Source: Anaerolineae bacterium (GTDB lineage Bacteria > Chloroflexota > Anaerolineae > Aggregatilineales > Phototrophicaceae). From it: a DNA stretch of 30,719 nt. The translations under genes and the position numbers were made by a program. Positions 8,095 to 17,277 of this stretch are shown piece by piece (position 1 is the stretch's first letter; every line of letters begins with the position of its first letter). A model generated the notes under the pieces. The model was not told where the DNA came from and searched no databases. It saw only the letters and a program-made list of their open reading frames with translations. The stretch is from the NCBI GenBank assembly GCA_025454675.1, contig JALONZ010000001.1:1-30719 (forward strand), read 5' to 3'.

Positions 8095-8772
8095 TTAGCC
8101 GTTCCAACTGTCCACTGTAATTTGATGATTGCGGATGAACGCCATCTCAGGTTTGACCTTACGACGTTTATCGGGCGGGGATGTGACGATATACCCCGCG
8201 ATTCGCAATTGATTGGGTTGCAAATCTAAAGCACAAATAATGGCATTTTCATCGCCATGTGCGCCTGCATGAACATTGCCCCGAATTTTTCCCCAGACAA
8301 AAATATCACCACTCGCCACAATTTCGGCACCCGGATTGACATCACCATAAATCACCACATGCCCCGCACTATAAATAGACCGACCTGCGCGAATGGTGTT
8401 GCGAATGAGGATGCCCATCGTCCCGTCTTCTGGGGTGGGGGTTGGGGCAGATTCTTCGGCATCTTCGTCTAATAATGCCTGCACCCGTAAGTCGAGGGCA
8501 TCTGCCGCATCAATGGTGGTTTTGCTGGCACTCATAATTAAGCCAATTTTTAAGCCACGTCGTTCTATGAGGGCTTTTAAGCCACTTAATTCGTGCTTGG
8601 GGACAGGACGTTCACCCAGTTCAATTATTAAATTTGCACCTGTAAAAAAAGCACTTTTTTCATCTATTCGATTGGCTAATTCACCAGTGATGGCGAGCCA
8701 CTCATCGGTGGGGCTTAGGGCGATTATCACGCCATCTTTGCCACCTTTAATGGTAACGACTTCTTCACGCAT
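8095..8772 (-). CDS. minC: Septum site-determining protein MinC
   Basis: 'VTIKG', beta-helix 'GHVVIYGDVNPGAEIVASGDIFVWGKIRGNVHAGAHGD', 'LQPNQLRIA'. Confidence 0.96.
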   Translation of the reverse strand: MREEVVTIKGGKDGVIIALSPTDEWLAITGELANRIDEKSAFFTGANLIIELGERPVPKHELSGLKALIERRGLKIGLIMSASKTTIDAADALDLRVQALLDEDAEESAPTPTPEDGTMGILIRNTIRAGRSIYSAGHVVIYGDVNPGAEIVASGDIFVWGKIRGNVHAGAHGDENAIICALDLQPNQLRIAGYIVTSPPDKRRKVKPEMAFIRNHQITVDSWNG

Positions 8773-8839
8773 AATATCTCTCGTTTGATTGCGATAATTT
8801 ATTTATAAGCATACCGTTTTTTTGAAGATGTGCTATTGT

Positions 8840-9994
8840 TTAGGACAAATTGCTCACCAATTGGATGAACAAATAGGTGGGCAACGATAAAAATAGCATC
8901 CCTGTGATGATTTGTACCTGATTGGCAGTGAATCGTTTGAGTTTGAATAACCATTCGCCAAATGAATAGACGGCATACGCCAGCCAAATCATCTGAATGA
9001 TGAAGAGGGGCATAATTAATACGGCACGGTCAGCCCCAAAATAGACTAAGCCAAATAGTACATGGGTGGCATATGCGACCATCAATACAACCCCTATCAC
9101 AGGATACCACCGCGCCATGCGTGCTAATCCGAATATACTGAGGGTGGCACCAATAATGGTGAATTGGGTGATGCTCATGCCGATGAGGTTCATCCAACGT
9201 AACCCCTCACGCCAACCGTCCGCGATAAGATAGGGTGTGGTTAATCCAGATTGGTGTGCCAATAACGCGGATGTATGCCATAAATCGGGATTGATATACG
9301 AATTAACGATGCCATAAATACTGATACCTACAAGTATCAGCATGATTGTCCAGTACCAAATCGGGATTTTGGTTTGGGATAGCCATAGTCCCAATGCGAC
9401 AGCGGGCAATATTAACCCAAATAAGGGGTCATTGATGATGCCGATGCCCAAAAGTAGCAAAATTCCCATGTATTGTTGTGGCATGATAGGGGTTGGGGGC
9501 TTTTCATCGGGGCGTGGATTGCTTTTGAACAGTGCATCCATCAGCAAAAAGATGAGCCATGCCGTCATGAGTGAGGTGAGGCGTAAACTGCGCGGTGTGC
9601 CGATTTGACTCCAGAAAATAACTGCAAATATAACCACACCAATACCTAATGCCAGATAGGGGCGTTTTAGGAATTGAATGACAACAAGGCTCATCACCCC
9701 TGCGATAAGCATTGCCAAAACAATGGTGGCTGGCACAAAACTGGTTGCACCACCTGTTTGTGACCAAAATGCGGGTGATAATGCGAGTGATATACCGCCT
9801 AAACAGGCGATTATCGCCCCGAATCGGCGTATGGTGATGCTGACCCCCACGATAACCAATGCTAAACCACTGGCACGGACGAAAGGTGTTTGCCCAATGG
9901 TGATAAAGGTGAGCCAAATGAATGCACCCGCAACCAGTGCGGGCAACCAATAGATAATAAGTTGTCGTGAGGGCAGAATAGACCGTTGTTGCAC
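8840..9994 (-). CDS. Hypothetical polytopic membrane protein (~10-11 TM), C-terminal half resembles DUF2723/TMEM260 GT-C-like proteins
   Basis: 384 aa, GTG start 14 nt after the pbp2 stop, mostly hydrophobic. Family resemblance recognised by eye only. Confidence 0.75.
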   Translation of the reverse strand: MQQRSILPSRQLIIYWLPALVAGAFIWLTFITIGQTPFVRASGLALVIVGVSITIRRFGAIIACLGGISLALSPAFWSQTGGATSFVPATIVLAMLIAGVMSLVVIQFLKRPYLALGIGVVIFAVIFWSQIGTPRSLRLTSLMTAWLIFLLMDALFKSNPRPDEKPPTPIMPQQYMGILLLLGIGIINDPLFGLILPAVALGLWLSQTKIPIWYWTIMLILVGISIYGIVNSYINPDLWHTSALLAHQSGLTTPYLIADGWREGLRWMNLIGMSITQFTIIGATLSIFGLARMARWYPVIGVVLMVAYATHVLFGLVYFGADRAVLIMPLFIIQMIWLAYAVYSFGEWLFKLKRFTANQVQIITGMLFLSLPTYLFIQLVSNLS

Positions 9995-10008
9995 GCCAAA
10001 TAAACCTT

Positions 10009-12309
10009 TCAGGGTAGGGTGAGTGCCAATTGATTAGGCGGTAAATTTTCACGTTCATTTTTGAGGCGATAATAGGCTTCGATGGTTTTCACGGCGACAG
10101 GGAGGGCATTAGACGAGCCTTCAATCCCGTTATAGATGAATGAGACCACTAAAATTTCGGGATTTTCGTAGGGTGCATAGGCAGTAAACCAAGCATGTGC
10201 GGGCCACGCGCCTTGTTTGCATAACCCCAGCGGACCCGCAATATCATCACAATATTCGGCAGTGCCTGTTTTGCCCGCGACTGCCACATAGGGCAAATTT
10301 GCGCCCTTAGCCGTGCCTTGTTCACGGGTGACTGCCTCACGCATTCCAGCACGCACAATTTCCAAGTTTTCGCTACTCAAGAAGGCGGGGTTATATTGTG
10401 GGTCGAAGCGTGATATATCGCATATTCGCCCATTAAAATTGTAATTGAGCGGGATATGAATGCGATATTCACGGCTATCAATAACATCTAACGCGGGGTT
10501 TACATCGACTTGTCCACGATAATTTTGTGGGTCGCATCGGAGCGGATTATAGAAAGGGCTATCAAATTCACAGATACAAGCGAGGCTATTTTCGCCTTGC
10601 ATGATCATATCTTCGAGCTGGAGCAAATAAATAGACCCATCTGGATTGGCGTAATCTAAATTAACCGTCCGCATAATTTTGGGTTCAAATGGCACAGTAA
10701 TATTGCGCTCCGCATCCAAAAATTCGCGGATGATGGTTGGTTGATACAAAATACCATCATTGACCAGTGTCGCTACCGACATCATCAGTTGAAGTGGCGT
10801 GATATTAACATACCCTTGTCCAAAAGCGGCGTTATAGGTATCGCCCGTAGACCAGTTTTCGCCTTTAGTGATGCGTTTCCATGTTGGGTCGGGCATTCTG
10901 CCAGCCAATTCACCAGGGAGTTCAAGACCCAATTCAGACCCGATACCGACCGCAGTCGCATAGCGCACCAGATTATTAATGCCAAGCCCACCACGACGGA
11001 GTAATGCTTCGGATACGGCGGGAAAATTGCCACCCCCGACTTGATAAAAGTACACATTGCAACTATATGCAATAGCATCTACCACATTCACAAACGCATG
11101 ACCACCCGCATTACGCGCCCAACACACGAACCGTTGGTCTTGTGCGCGGTCATTTGGTGCATAAAAATTGGGCAGTAATAAGTCACCCCCATCAAATAAT
11201 TGGGTGCCTGGGTCGATAATATCTTCTTCTAAGACAGCGGCGGCGGTGAGAAGTTTCCATGCCGACCCCGGTGGGTAGAGTGACCCAATCGCTTGGTTTA
11301 ATAAGGGGTTTCGACTTCGCTCTAGCAAATCCAGATAATATTCGACATCAATGTTGCGAGCAAACCGCCCATTATCATAATTGGGATAACTAACCAGTGC
11401 CAGAACTTCGCCCGTATTGGGATTGATGACCATTACCACCCCTGCTTCGGTGACGATGCGCCCCTCTGTTTCGTTGATGGTGGCAATTTGGTCAATGAGG
11501 GCTTGTTGGGCGGCGCGTTGCAATTCGACATCAATCGTGAGGCGGATATTTTGCCCTGCGACTGGTTCGACACGCTCCACAATGGCTTGTTCTTGCCCAG
11601 CAACATCCACCTCGCGTACAATGCGACCACGCTGACCCGATAAGAGGGTCTCTAAGAAACGTTCTAATCCATCATAGCCGATACGGTCAAATGCGGGGTC
11701 ATAACCTTGTTCGATGAGCGCCAGTTGTTGTTCTGGGGGGATGGGTCCCATGTAACCGATGATATGTGCAGTTGAATCGGATGCGGGGTATTGACGCACC
11801 GCACCTTCTAACACATCCACACCCGGTAGTTCAAAACTATCTTCCAAAATTTGAAGGGCAACTTCTAATGGCACATCTTGGGCGATTGGGACGGGACGAA
11901 ATGGCGCAATGCCTGCTCCAATAGCCACTAATTCTTCGATACTGCGAACATTACGTCCACTGGCATTGGCAATGGCACGGGTAGGGGGGACACCTGTTAG
12001 CGCCGATAATCGGGTATAAATTTCGAGTTCTGCTTCGCGGTCAGTCGGCAAATTTGCAGGTATAATCCGCACGACATAAGCAGGCACATTCCGCGCGAGG
12101 GTTTGGTTATATCTATCGAAAATTACGCCTCTATCGGCTGGCAAGGGTTGGGTGTTAAACCGGTTGTCATCGGCGGCGACTTGTGCATCCGCGCCATCAA
12201 TGATTTGCATCTGATACATGCGTAGGGTGAAGATGAGGAATGTTGCAACCATCACCCCCTGAAAAAGCGTTAATCGCCACCCCTGAAATGGCATGAGTCT
12301 ATTTTTCAC
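10009..12309 (-). CDS. mrdA: Penicillin-binding protein 2 (class B transpeptidase)
   Basis: N-terminal TM, 'RGVIFDR' pedestal domain, SxxK 'PGSAWK', SxN 'SCN', KTG 'GKTGTAE'; follows mreD. Confidence 0.95.
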   Translation of the reverse strand: MKNRLMPFQGWRLTLFQGVMVATFLIFTLRMYQMQIIDGADAQVAADDNRFNTQPLPADRGVIFDRYNQTLARNVPAYVVRIIPANLPTDREAELEIYTRLSALTGVPPTRAIANASGRNVRSIEELVAIGAGIAPFRPVPIAQDVPLEVALQILEDSFELPGVDVLEGAVRQYPASDSTAHIIGYMGPIPPEQQLALIEQGYDPAFDRIGYDGLERFLETLLSGQRGRIVREVDVAGQEQAIVERVEPVAGQNIRLTIDVELQRAAQQALIDQIATINETEGRIVTEAGVVMVINPNTGEVLALVSYPNYDNGRFARNIDVEYYLDLLERSRNPLLNQAIGSLYPPGSAWKLLTAAAVLEEDIIDPGTQLFDGGDLLLPNFYAPNDRAQDQRFVCWARNAGGHAFVNVVDAIAYSCNVYFYQVGGGNFPAVSEALLRRGGLGINNLVRYATAVGIGSELGLELPGELAGRMPDPTWKRITKGENWSTGDTYNAAFGQGYVNITPLQLMMSVATLVNDGILYQPTIIREFLDAERNITVPFEPKIMRTVNLDYANPDGSIYLLQLEDMIMQGENSLACICEFDSPFYNPLRCDPQNYRGQVDVNPALDVIDSREYRIHIPLNYNFNGRICDISRFDPQYNPAFLSSENLEIVRAGMREAVTREQGTAKGANLPYVAVAGKTGTAEYCDDIAGPLGLCKQGAWPAHAWFTAYAPYENPEILVVSFIYNGIEGSSNALPVAVKTIEAYYRLKNERENLPPNQLALTLP

Positions 12310-12324
12310 AAATTTACCTCAAGA

Positions 12325-12834
12325 CTATTTGGTCGGTTTATTGCTCACTTCTGGAATGACACGGCGTTGGATGCGTCGTATTATCCAATAAATGGGCAAA
12401 ATGAACACTAAATTATAGAAGATTGTAGGCGCAACCACATAGCCCAAACTTAGCCCCCAATCCACCGAATACCCTGTGATGGTTAGGATTATCATCATGA
12501 TGAGTTGTTGAAAGAACGACCCGACCAGTACCGAACCAACGAGCAATACAAACCCAATGCGATAAACCTGCCCGCCGATACCGCTGATGACGAACACCGT
12601 CATCACGATGCCGATGGTGGATGTTCCGAGTGGGGCATATGACATCAAATCGAGCGAAATGCCACCCACAAATGCCCATAACACACTGCTATCGAGGGTT
12701 GCATTGATTGACCACGATAACACGATGAGATAGACCAAATCGGGACTGCCCCCTAGTAGCCGAATTTGGGGCATGAATGTGGCTTGCAAAATTGCCGCGA
12801 TGATGAGGATTGGAAAACTAATAAAATTGCCCAT
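12325..12834 (-). CDS. mreD: Rod shape-determining protein MreD
   Basis: About 5 TM, 'PDLVYLIV', 'GGISLDLMS..PLG'; position after mreC. Confidence 0.9.
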   Translation of the reverse strand: MGNFISFPILIIAAILQATFMPQIRLLGGSPDLVYLIVLSWSINATLDSSVLWAFVGGISLDLMSYAPLGTSTIGIVMTVFVISGIGGQVYRIGFVLLVGSVLVGSFFQQLIMMIILTITGYSVDWGLSLGYVVAPTIFYNLVFILPIYWIIRRIQRRVIPEVSNKPTK

Positions 12835-12844
12835 AAGTCATCTA

Positions 12845-13699
12845 TTAAGGCGTTGGGGTTGCATTATCGAATACAGAAATATCAATTGGCACAAAATTGG
12901 TGACGACTAGCACAAATTCGAGCGTATCGAAACTGACCAAACTGCGTACTTCCGCCTCTTGATTCAATTCAAATTCAAATTGGCGCACACTGGTCACTTG
13001 CCCGATGACAATATCGGGCGGGAAATTACCTCCTAAACCGGATGTAAGGACGACATCGCCCACCTCTACTGATGCTTCTAGGGGGATAAGCCCCATCCGT
13101 AAGTTGCCTGTAAGCCGCCCTTGTACTGTTCCTTGTGCGCGAGATGTTTGGAGGCGGGCGCTTACGCTACTGCTTGGGTCGGTGATGAGTAAGACCCGCG
13201 CCGCCAACGCAGTGACATCAATAATGCGCCCGACTAAACCTTGTTTGGTGACAACTGGCATACCTAATGTCACCCCATCGCGTGCGCCTTTGTTGATGAT
13301 GATGGTGCGAATGAGATTATTTTGGTCATAGCCAATCACTTCGGCGGTGAGGGTTTCTTGGCTATCGGATGCCGAAACGTAATCCAATAATTCAGCTAAT
13401 CGGGCGGCATCGCTGGCAATTTCGCGCAATTCGACCAATTCCGCTTGAGAACGGGCTAATGCTTCTTCTAGTTCGGCATTCCGTTCTCGCAGGGTTTGGT
13501 TATCACTGAAATTGCTGAATAAATCATTGATGCTACGCGCCGCCTGATTAAAAAAGGTACTCATAAATTGAAGTGGGGTACTGAGTATATTTTCTGCACC
13601 GCCTAATCTGCCACTGATGCTACCAAAAATTAATAGCACACATGCCAATAAGCAGATGAGAAAAAATAAGACTCGATTAGAACGCCAACCACGTCTCAC
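12845..13699 (-). CDS. mreC: Rod shape-determining protein MreC
   Basis: TM anchor, coiled coil 'LRERNAELEE', 'INKGARDGV', 'GLVGRI', 'TSGLGGNFPPDIVIG'. Confidence 0.95.
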   Translation of the reverse strand: MRRGWRSNRVLFFLICLLACVLLIFGSISGRLGGAENILSTPLQFMSTFFNQAARSINDLFSNFSDNQTLRERNAELEEALARSQAELVELREIASDAARLAELLDYVSASDSQETLTAEVIGYDQNNLIRTIIINKGARDGVTLGMPVVTKQGLVGRIIDVTALAARVLLITDPSSSVSARLQTSRAQGTVQGRLTGNLRMGLIPLEASVEVGDVVLTSGLGGNFPPDIVIGQVTSVRQFEFELNQEAEVRSLVSFDTLEFVLVVTNFVPIDISVFDNATPTP

Positions 13700-13715
13700 G
13701 ATAGCACCCTATTGA

Positions 13716-14777
13716 TTAATGCCATGTGCTACCGCGCTCAATACCCACCAAGAGACGACGCAAATTGTTGTAATCCTCCAATATCCGACTTGCGCCTCTG
13801 GCGACGGCGGTCATGGGGTCTTCTGCCAGCCAAACGCGGATATTCAGTTCATCAGATAGGCGTGCGGCAAGCCCTTTGAGCAGACTACCACCACCCGCCA
13901 AACAGATGCCACTTTCCATCAAATCTGCCACCAATTCGGGCGGGGTATCATCTAAAGCATCTTTGACGGTATCAATGATAATATTCACCGACCCCGCAAT
14001 GGCTTCGCGGATTTCGACCGAGCTGACTTCTACTTTATTGGGCAGACCTGTCACCAAATTGCGCCCACTAACCCCCGTTGTACGCTCTTGGGGGAGGGGA
14101 TATGCCGAGCCAATATCCATTTTAACCCGTTCTGCGGTGGGTTCGCCGATGAGGAGATTATGCTTTTTACGCATATGCTGTACAATATCTTCATCCATCT
14201 CATCACCTGCCACGCGGATGGAACGGCTGATGACGATGCCACCGAGCGAAAAAATGGCGATTTCGGTTGTGCCACCACCAATATCAATAATCATGCTTCC
14301 GCGTGTTTCGGTGACGGGCAAGCCTGCACCGATGGCGGCGGCGACTGGTTCTTCGACCAAATAGACCACCCGCGCACCCGCATTATAGGCGGCATCATAC
14401 ACAGCGCGTTTTTCCACTTCCGTGACACCACTCGGAATACCGATGACAACACGCGGACGTGGGACAGGCACCCATGTATGCTCATGTGCCTTGCGGATGA
14501 GATGGGTTAACATCGCAGATGTGATATCAGGGTCGCTGATGACACCATCACGCAGAGGACGCACAATAATGATTTCTTTAGGATTTTTGCTCCACATCTC
14601 TTTCGCACGCGAACCAACTTCACGGGGGATTCCCGTTTTGCGTTCTGTGGCGACAAACGATGGTTCATTGATGACGATGCCTTTTCCGCGCACACTCACC
14701 AATGTATTTGCTGTTCCTAAATCAATCCCTATATCTAGGGAGAATAAGCCAAAAAAATAATCGAATGGACTTAACAC
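13716..14777 (-). CDS. mreB: Actin-like rod shape-determining protein MreB
   Basis: 'IGIDLGTANTLV', 'RPLRDGVI', 'EEPVAAAIGAG', 'DIGGGTTE', 'LAGGGSLL'. GTG start with RBS AGGAG. Confidence 0.98.
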   Translation of the reverse strand: MLSPFDYFFGLFSLDIGIDLGTANTLVSVRGKGIVINEPSFVATERKTGIPREVGSRAKEMWSKNPKEIIIVRPLRDGVISDPDITSAMLTHLIRKAHEHTWVPVPRPRVVIGIPSGVTEVEKRAVYDAAYNAGARVVYLVEEPVAAAIGAGLPVTETRGSMIIDIGGGTTEIAIFSLGGIVISRSIRVAGDEMDEDIVQHMRKKHNLLIGEPTAERVKMDIGSAYPLPQERTTGVSGRNLVTGLPNKVEVSSVEIREAIAGSVNIIIDTVKDALDDTPPELVADLMESGICLAGGGSLLKGLAARLSDELNIRVWLAEDPMTAVARGASRILEDYNNLRRLLVGIERGSTWH

Positions 14778-14822
14778 ACACTGCTCCTAACGGCATGAAT
14801 TCGCCTTGCAGGTCAGTTGAGG

Positions 14823-14831
14823 ATTATATCA
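14823..14831 (-). promoter_or_regulatory. Extended -10 promoter of the mreB operon
   Basis: TGA-TATAAT (TGn plus perfect -10) on the minus strand, about 45 nt upstream of the mreB GTG. Confidence 0.6.
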
Positions 14832-14842
14832 TATCATCGCAA

Positions 14843-16267
14843 ATGAAAGAAATAACTCATTTTATACATCAAAAACTAACAAGCCTTATACGTCGTTATC
14901 ACCTATTTTCCCCACACGAAAAAATTGTGTTGGGGGTATCTGGCGGTACAGACTCATTGGCACTCGCCCATATATTAGCCCATTTAGCCCCAAAACTGCA
15001 ACTTCAAATTCATATTGCGACACTCAATCATGGCTTGCGCCCAGAAGCCGAAGGTGAAACACAGGTTGTTGCGACATTTGCAAGGGGGGTAAATTTGCCC
15101 TATACGATTGGTCGTGTGGATGTATTGGGGTTACAACACGCCGAGAAATTAACATTAGAAGAGGCGGCTCGCAAAGCCCGTTATGATTTTTTTGCACAAA
15201 TTGCCGGGCAAATCGGTGCAACTACGATTGTCACAGCGCATCATCAAGATGACCAAGCCGAAACCATTTTATTTCATCTGATTCGTGGCACAGGTGGGGC
15301 AGGGGCAATCGGAATGGATGTCATTTCGCCTGCGCCCTATCACCCCCATTTGCGTTTGGTGCGTCCGTTATTAACCACAACACGGGCGGAATTGGAAGCC
15401 TATTGTCATGAAAATGGGTTAAATCCTGTTTATGACCCCTCTAATGACAATATCCTCATCACCCGCAACGCCATTCGGCATCACGTTTTGCCCATGTTGG
15501 CGCGGTTGAATCCTCAAATTACATCGGCATTGGCACGTTTTGCCGATATTTATGCCGAAGAACAAAATGCCCTACAAATAATATTGAATGACACCATTTT
15601 GCCTCATATTAGGCGTGATGGTGATGTATTTTATATCCCGCGTCATTTGTTTAGGGGGTGGCATGTGGCGTATCAACGCAGATTATTTGCACAGTTGTTG
15701 ACCATCCCGAATATCACTTATGACCACATTAACCATGCTATTCAGGTGGGGATGACAGGTGAAAATGGTGCGATTGCCCAATTTTCGGGCGGGTGGCAAT
15801 TGCGTGTGTTATATGACGACTTGATTTTGGAGAATATCCATACACCCAAAATCCCGAATCAAAAAATATTATTACCACAAAATAGCCATATTCGTATTCA
15901 AACTGGTATTGTATATAATTTTGGTGCATGGCAACTGAGCATAGACCGTATCCCATCCGATGATAATTCACGGCAAATCGTTATCCCAAAAGGCGCTCAA
16001 CTCCTCATTCGCACACGCCAACCGAAAGACCGCTTTGCGCCGTTGGGGATGAATGGCAAACATCAGACCGTTAAAGATTGGATGATTCATCATAAAATTC
16101 CACAAGATTTACGTGCCAAAATCCCGCTTGTGGTAGTTAATGACCAAATCGCCGTGATTTTATGGGATACAAATTATTTTGTGTCATACCATTTTAGCCC
16201 TATTAAAAATGAAGTATTGTTACAAAATCAATTCTTTATCAACACTAAAATTAATGAAAGTGGCTAG
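14843..16267 (+). CDS. tilS: tRNA(Ile)-lysidine synthase
   Basis: PP-loop 'SGGTDSLAL', 'TAHHQDDQAET', 'RPLL', 'DPSN', 'RNAIR', TilS C-terminal domain. ATG at 14843 chosen because the track start (14702) overlaps mreB. Confidence 0.95.
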   Translation: MKEITHFIHQKLTSLIRRYHLFSPHEKIVLGVSGGTDSLALAHILAHLAPKLQLQIHIATLNHGLRPEAEGETQVVATFARGVNLPYTIGRVDVLGLQHAEKLTLEEAARKARYDFFAQIAGQIGATTIVTAHHQDDQAETILFHLIRGTGGAGAIGMDVISPAPYHPHLRLVRPLLTTTRAELEAYCHENGLNPVYDPSNDNILITRNAIRHHVLPMLARLNPQITSALARFADIYAEEQNALQIILNDTILPHIRRDGDVFYIPRHLFRGWHVAYQRRLFAQLLTIPNITYDHINHAIQVGMTGENGAIAQFSGGWQLRVLYDDLILENIHTPKIPNQKILLPQNSHIRIQTGIVYNFGAWQLSIDRIPSDDNSRQIVIPKGAQLLIRTRQPKDRFAPLGMNGKHQTVKDWMIHHKIPQDLRAKIPLVVVNDQIAVILWDTNYFVSYHFSPIKNEVLLQNQFFINTKINESG

Positions 16268-16284
16268 TTTTGTGTCTAGTCCTA

Positions 16285-16313
16285 TTGAAAAACGCCTAAA
16301 ACTGGTCTATGAT
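16285..16313 (+). promoter_or_regulatory. Sigma70-type promoter upstream of the response regulator
   Basis: TTGAAA (16285-16290), 17 nt, TATGAT (16308-16313). Confidence 0.6.
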
Positions 16314-16357
16314 TGAGAAAGAATTGGTAAAAAATAAAGAGCTAAAGGATACCATCT

Positions 16358-17230
16358 ATGACCAACACAACAAGCGGCACTTTAGAACTAGCGTATGTTT
16401 TGGTTGTTGATGATGAGGGAGCGAACCGCTATTCTGTCAGCAAAACCCTGCAAAAAGTGGGGTATGTTGTGAGCGAAGCGGCGAATGGGGAAGAAGCCTT
16501 AGAACTCATTGCTCGCCAATCATTTGACGTTGTATTGACCGATATTCGGATGCCCGGTTTGGACGGCATTGAACTATTACGTCGTATACGCGAACACTCT
16601 CCCGAAGTGATTGTTATTTTGATGACGGCTTATGCTACGTTAGGTAATGCCGTGGAAGCCTTGCGCTTAGGCGCACATGATTACCTGATTAAACCCAGTT
16701 CAAGCGTTGATATTCGGCAAAGTGTGGCGCGTGGAGTGGAGCGTGCGCGTAACCTGAAACGTCGGCGTAATTTATTGGATGCAATTAAAAGCGATGTTTT
16801 TGAACTGGCTGTCTCGGATGTCTCTTTACCCCCCACCGAGAATCAGGATGAAAAACCTGTCCCCGAAGGGATTGAAATTAAAGGGGAAGGGGCAAATGCC
16901 ACCATGCAGTTGGGTCCCTTACTGCTATTCCCCAAACGCTATCAAATTTCCATCGAAGACAAAGAAATTGATCTAACACCCACCGAATTTGATTTGCTCC
17001 TCTATTTGGCGGCGCATCGTGGACGGGTGGTGACATGCGCCGAACTGGTGCGCGAGGTGCGTGGGTATGCTGTGGATGAGGTGGAAGCGCGTGAAGTTAT
17101 CCGCCCGCATGTGAGCAATTTGCGCCGAAAACTGAAAGATGCCAGCACCGAAGCCGATTTGATTGTGAATGTGCGTGGCATCGGGTATCGCCTGAGTGAA
17201 AAAGCGGGCGAAACCGAGTCATCTGAATAG
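16358..17230 (+). CDS. Response regulator with receiver domain and OmpR/PhoB-type winged helix
   Basis: 'LVVDDE', phospho-site 'LTDIRMPGLDG', 'YLIKP'; C-terminal 'LTPTEFDLLLYL...HVSNLRRKL...NVRGIGY'. Confidence 0.93.
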   Translation: MTNTTSGTLELAYVLVVDDEGANRYSVSKTLQKVGYVVSEAANGEEALELIARQSFDVVLTDIRMPGLDGIELLRRIREHSPEVIVILMTAYATLGNAVEALRLGAHDYLIKPSSSVDIRQSVARGVERARNLKRRRNLLDAIKSDVFELAVSDVSLPPTENQDEKPVPEGIEIKGEGANATMQLGPLLLFPKRYQISIEDKEIDLTPTEFDLLLYLAAHRGRVVTCAELVREVRGYAVDEVEAREVIRPHVSNLRRKLKDASTEADLIVNVRGIGYRLSEKAGETESSE

Positions 17231-17277
17231 CATCACTATTTTTTCATCTTACACCCATATCACAAGGAAAATTCGAT

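Noticed and set aside
14702-14842. N-terminal extension of TilS overlapping mreB
   Set aside because: The extra 47 codons overlap the mreB start and promoter on the other strand and do not look like TilS; ATG 14843 fits better.
17249-17258. TTACACCCAT, reverse complement of the flank of repeat copy A
   Set aside because: A 10-nt match without the hairpin arms is compatible with chance.
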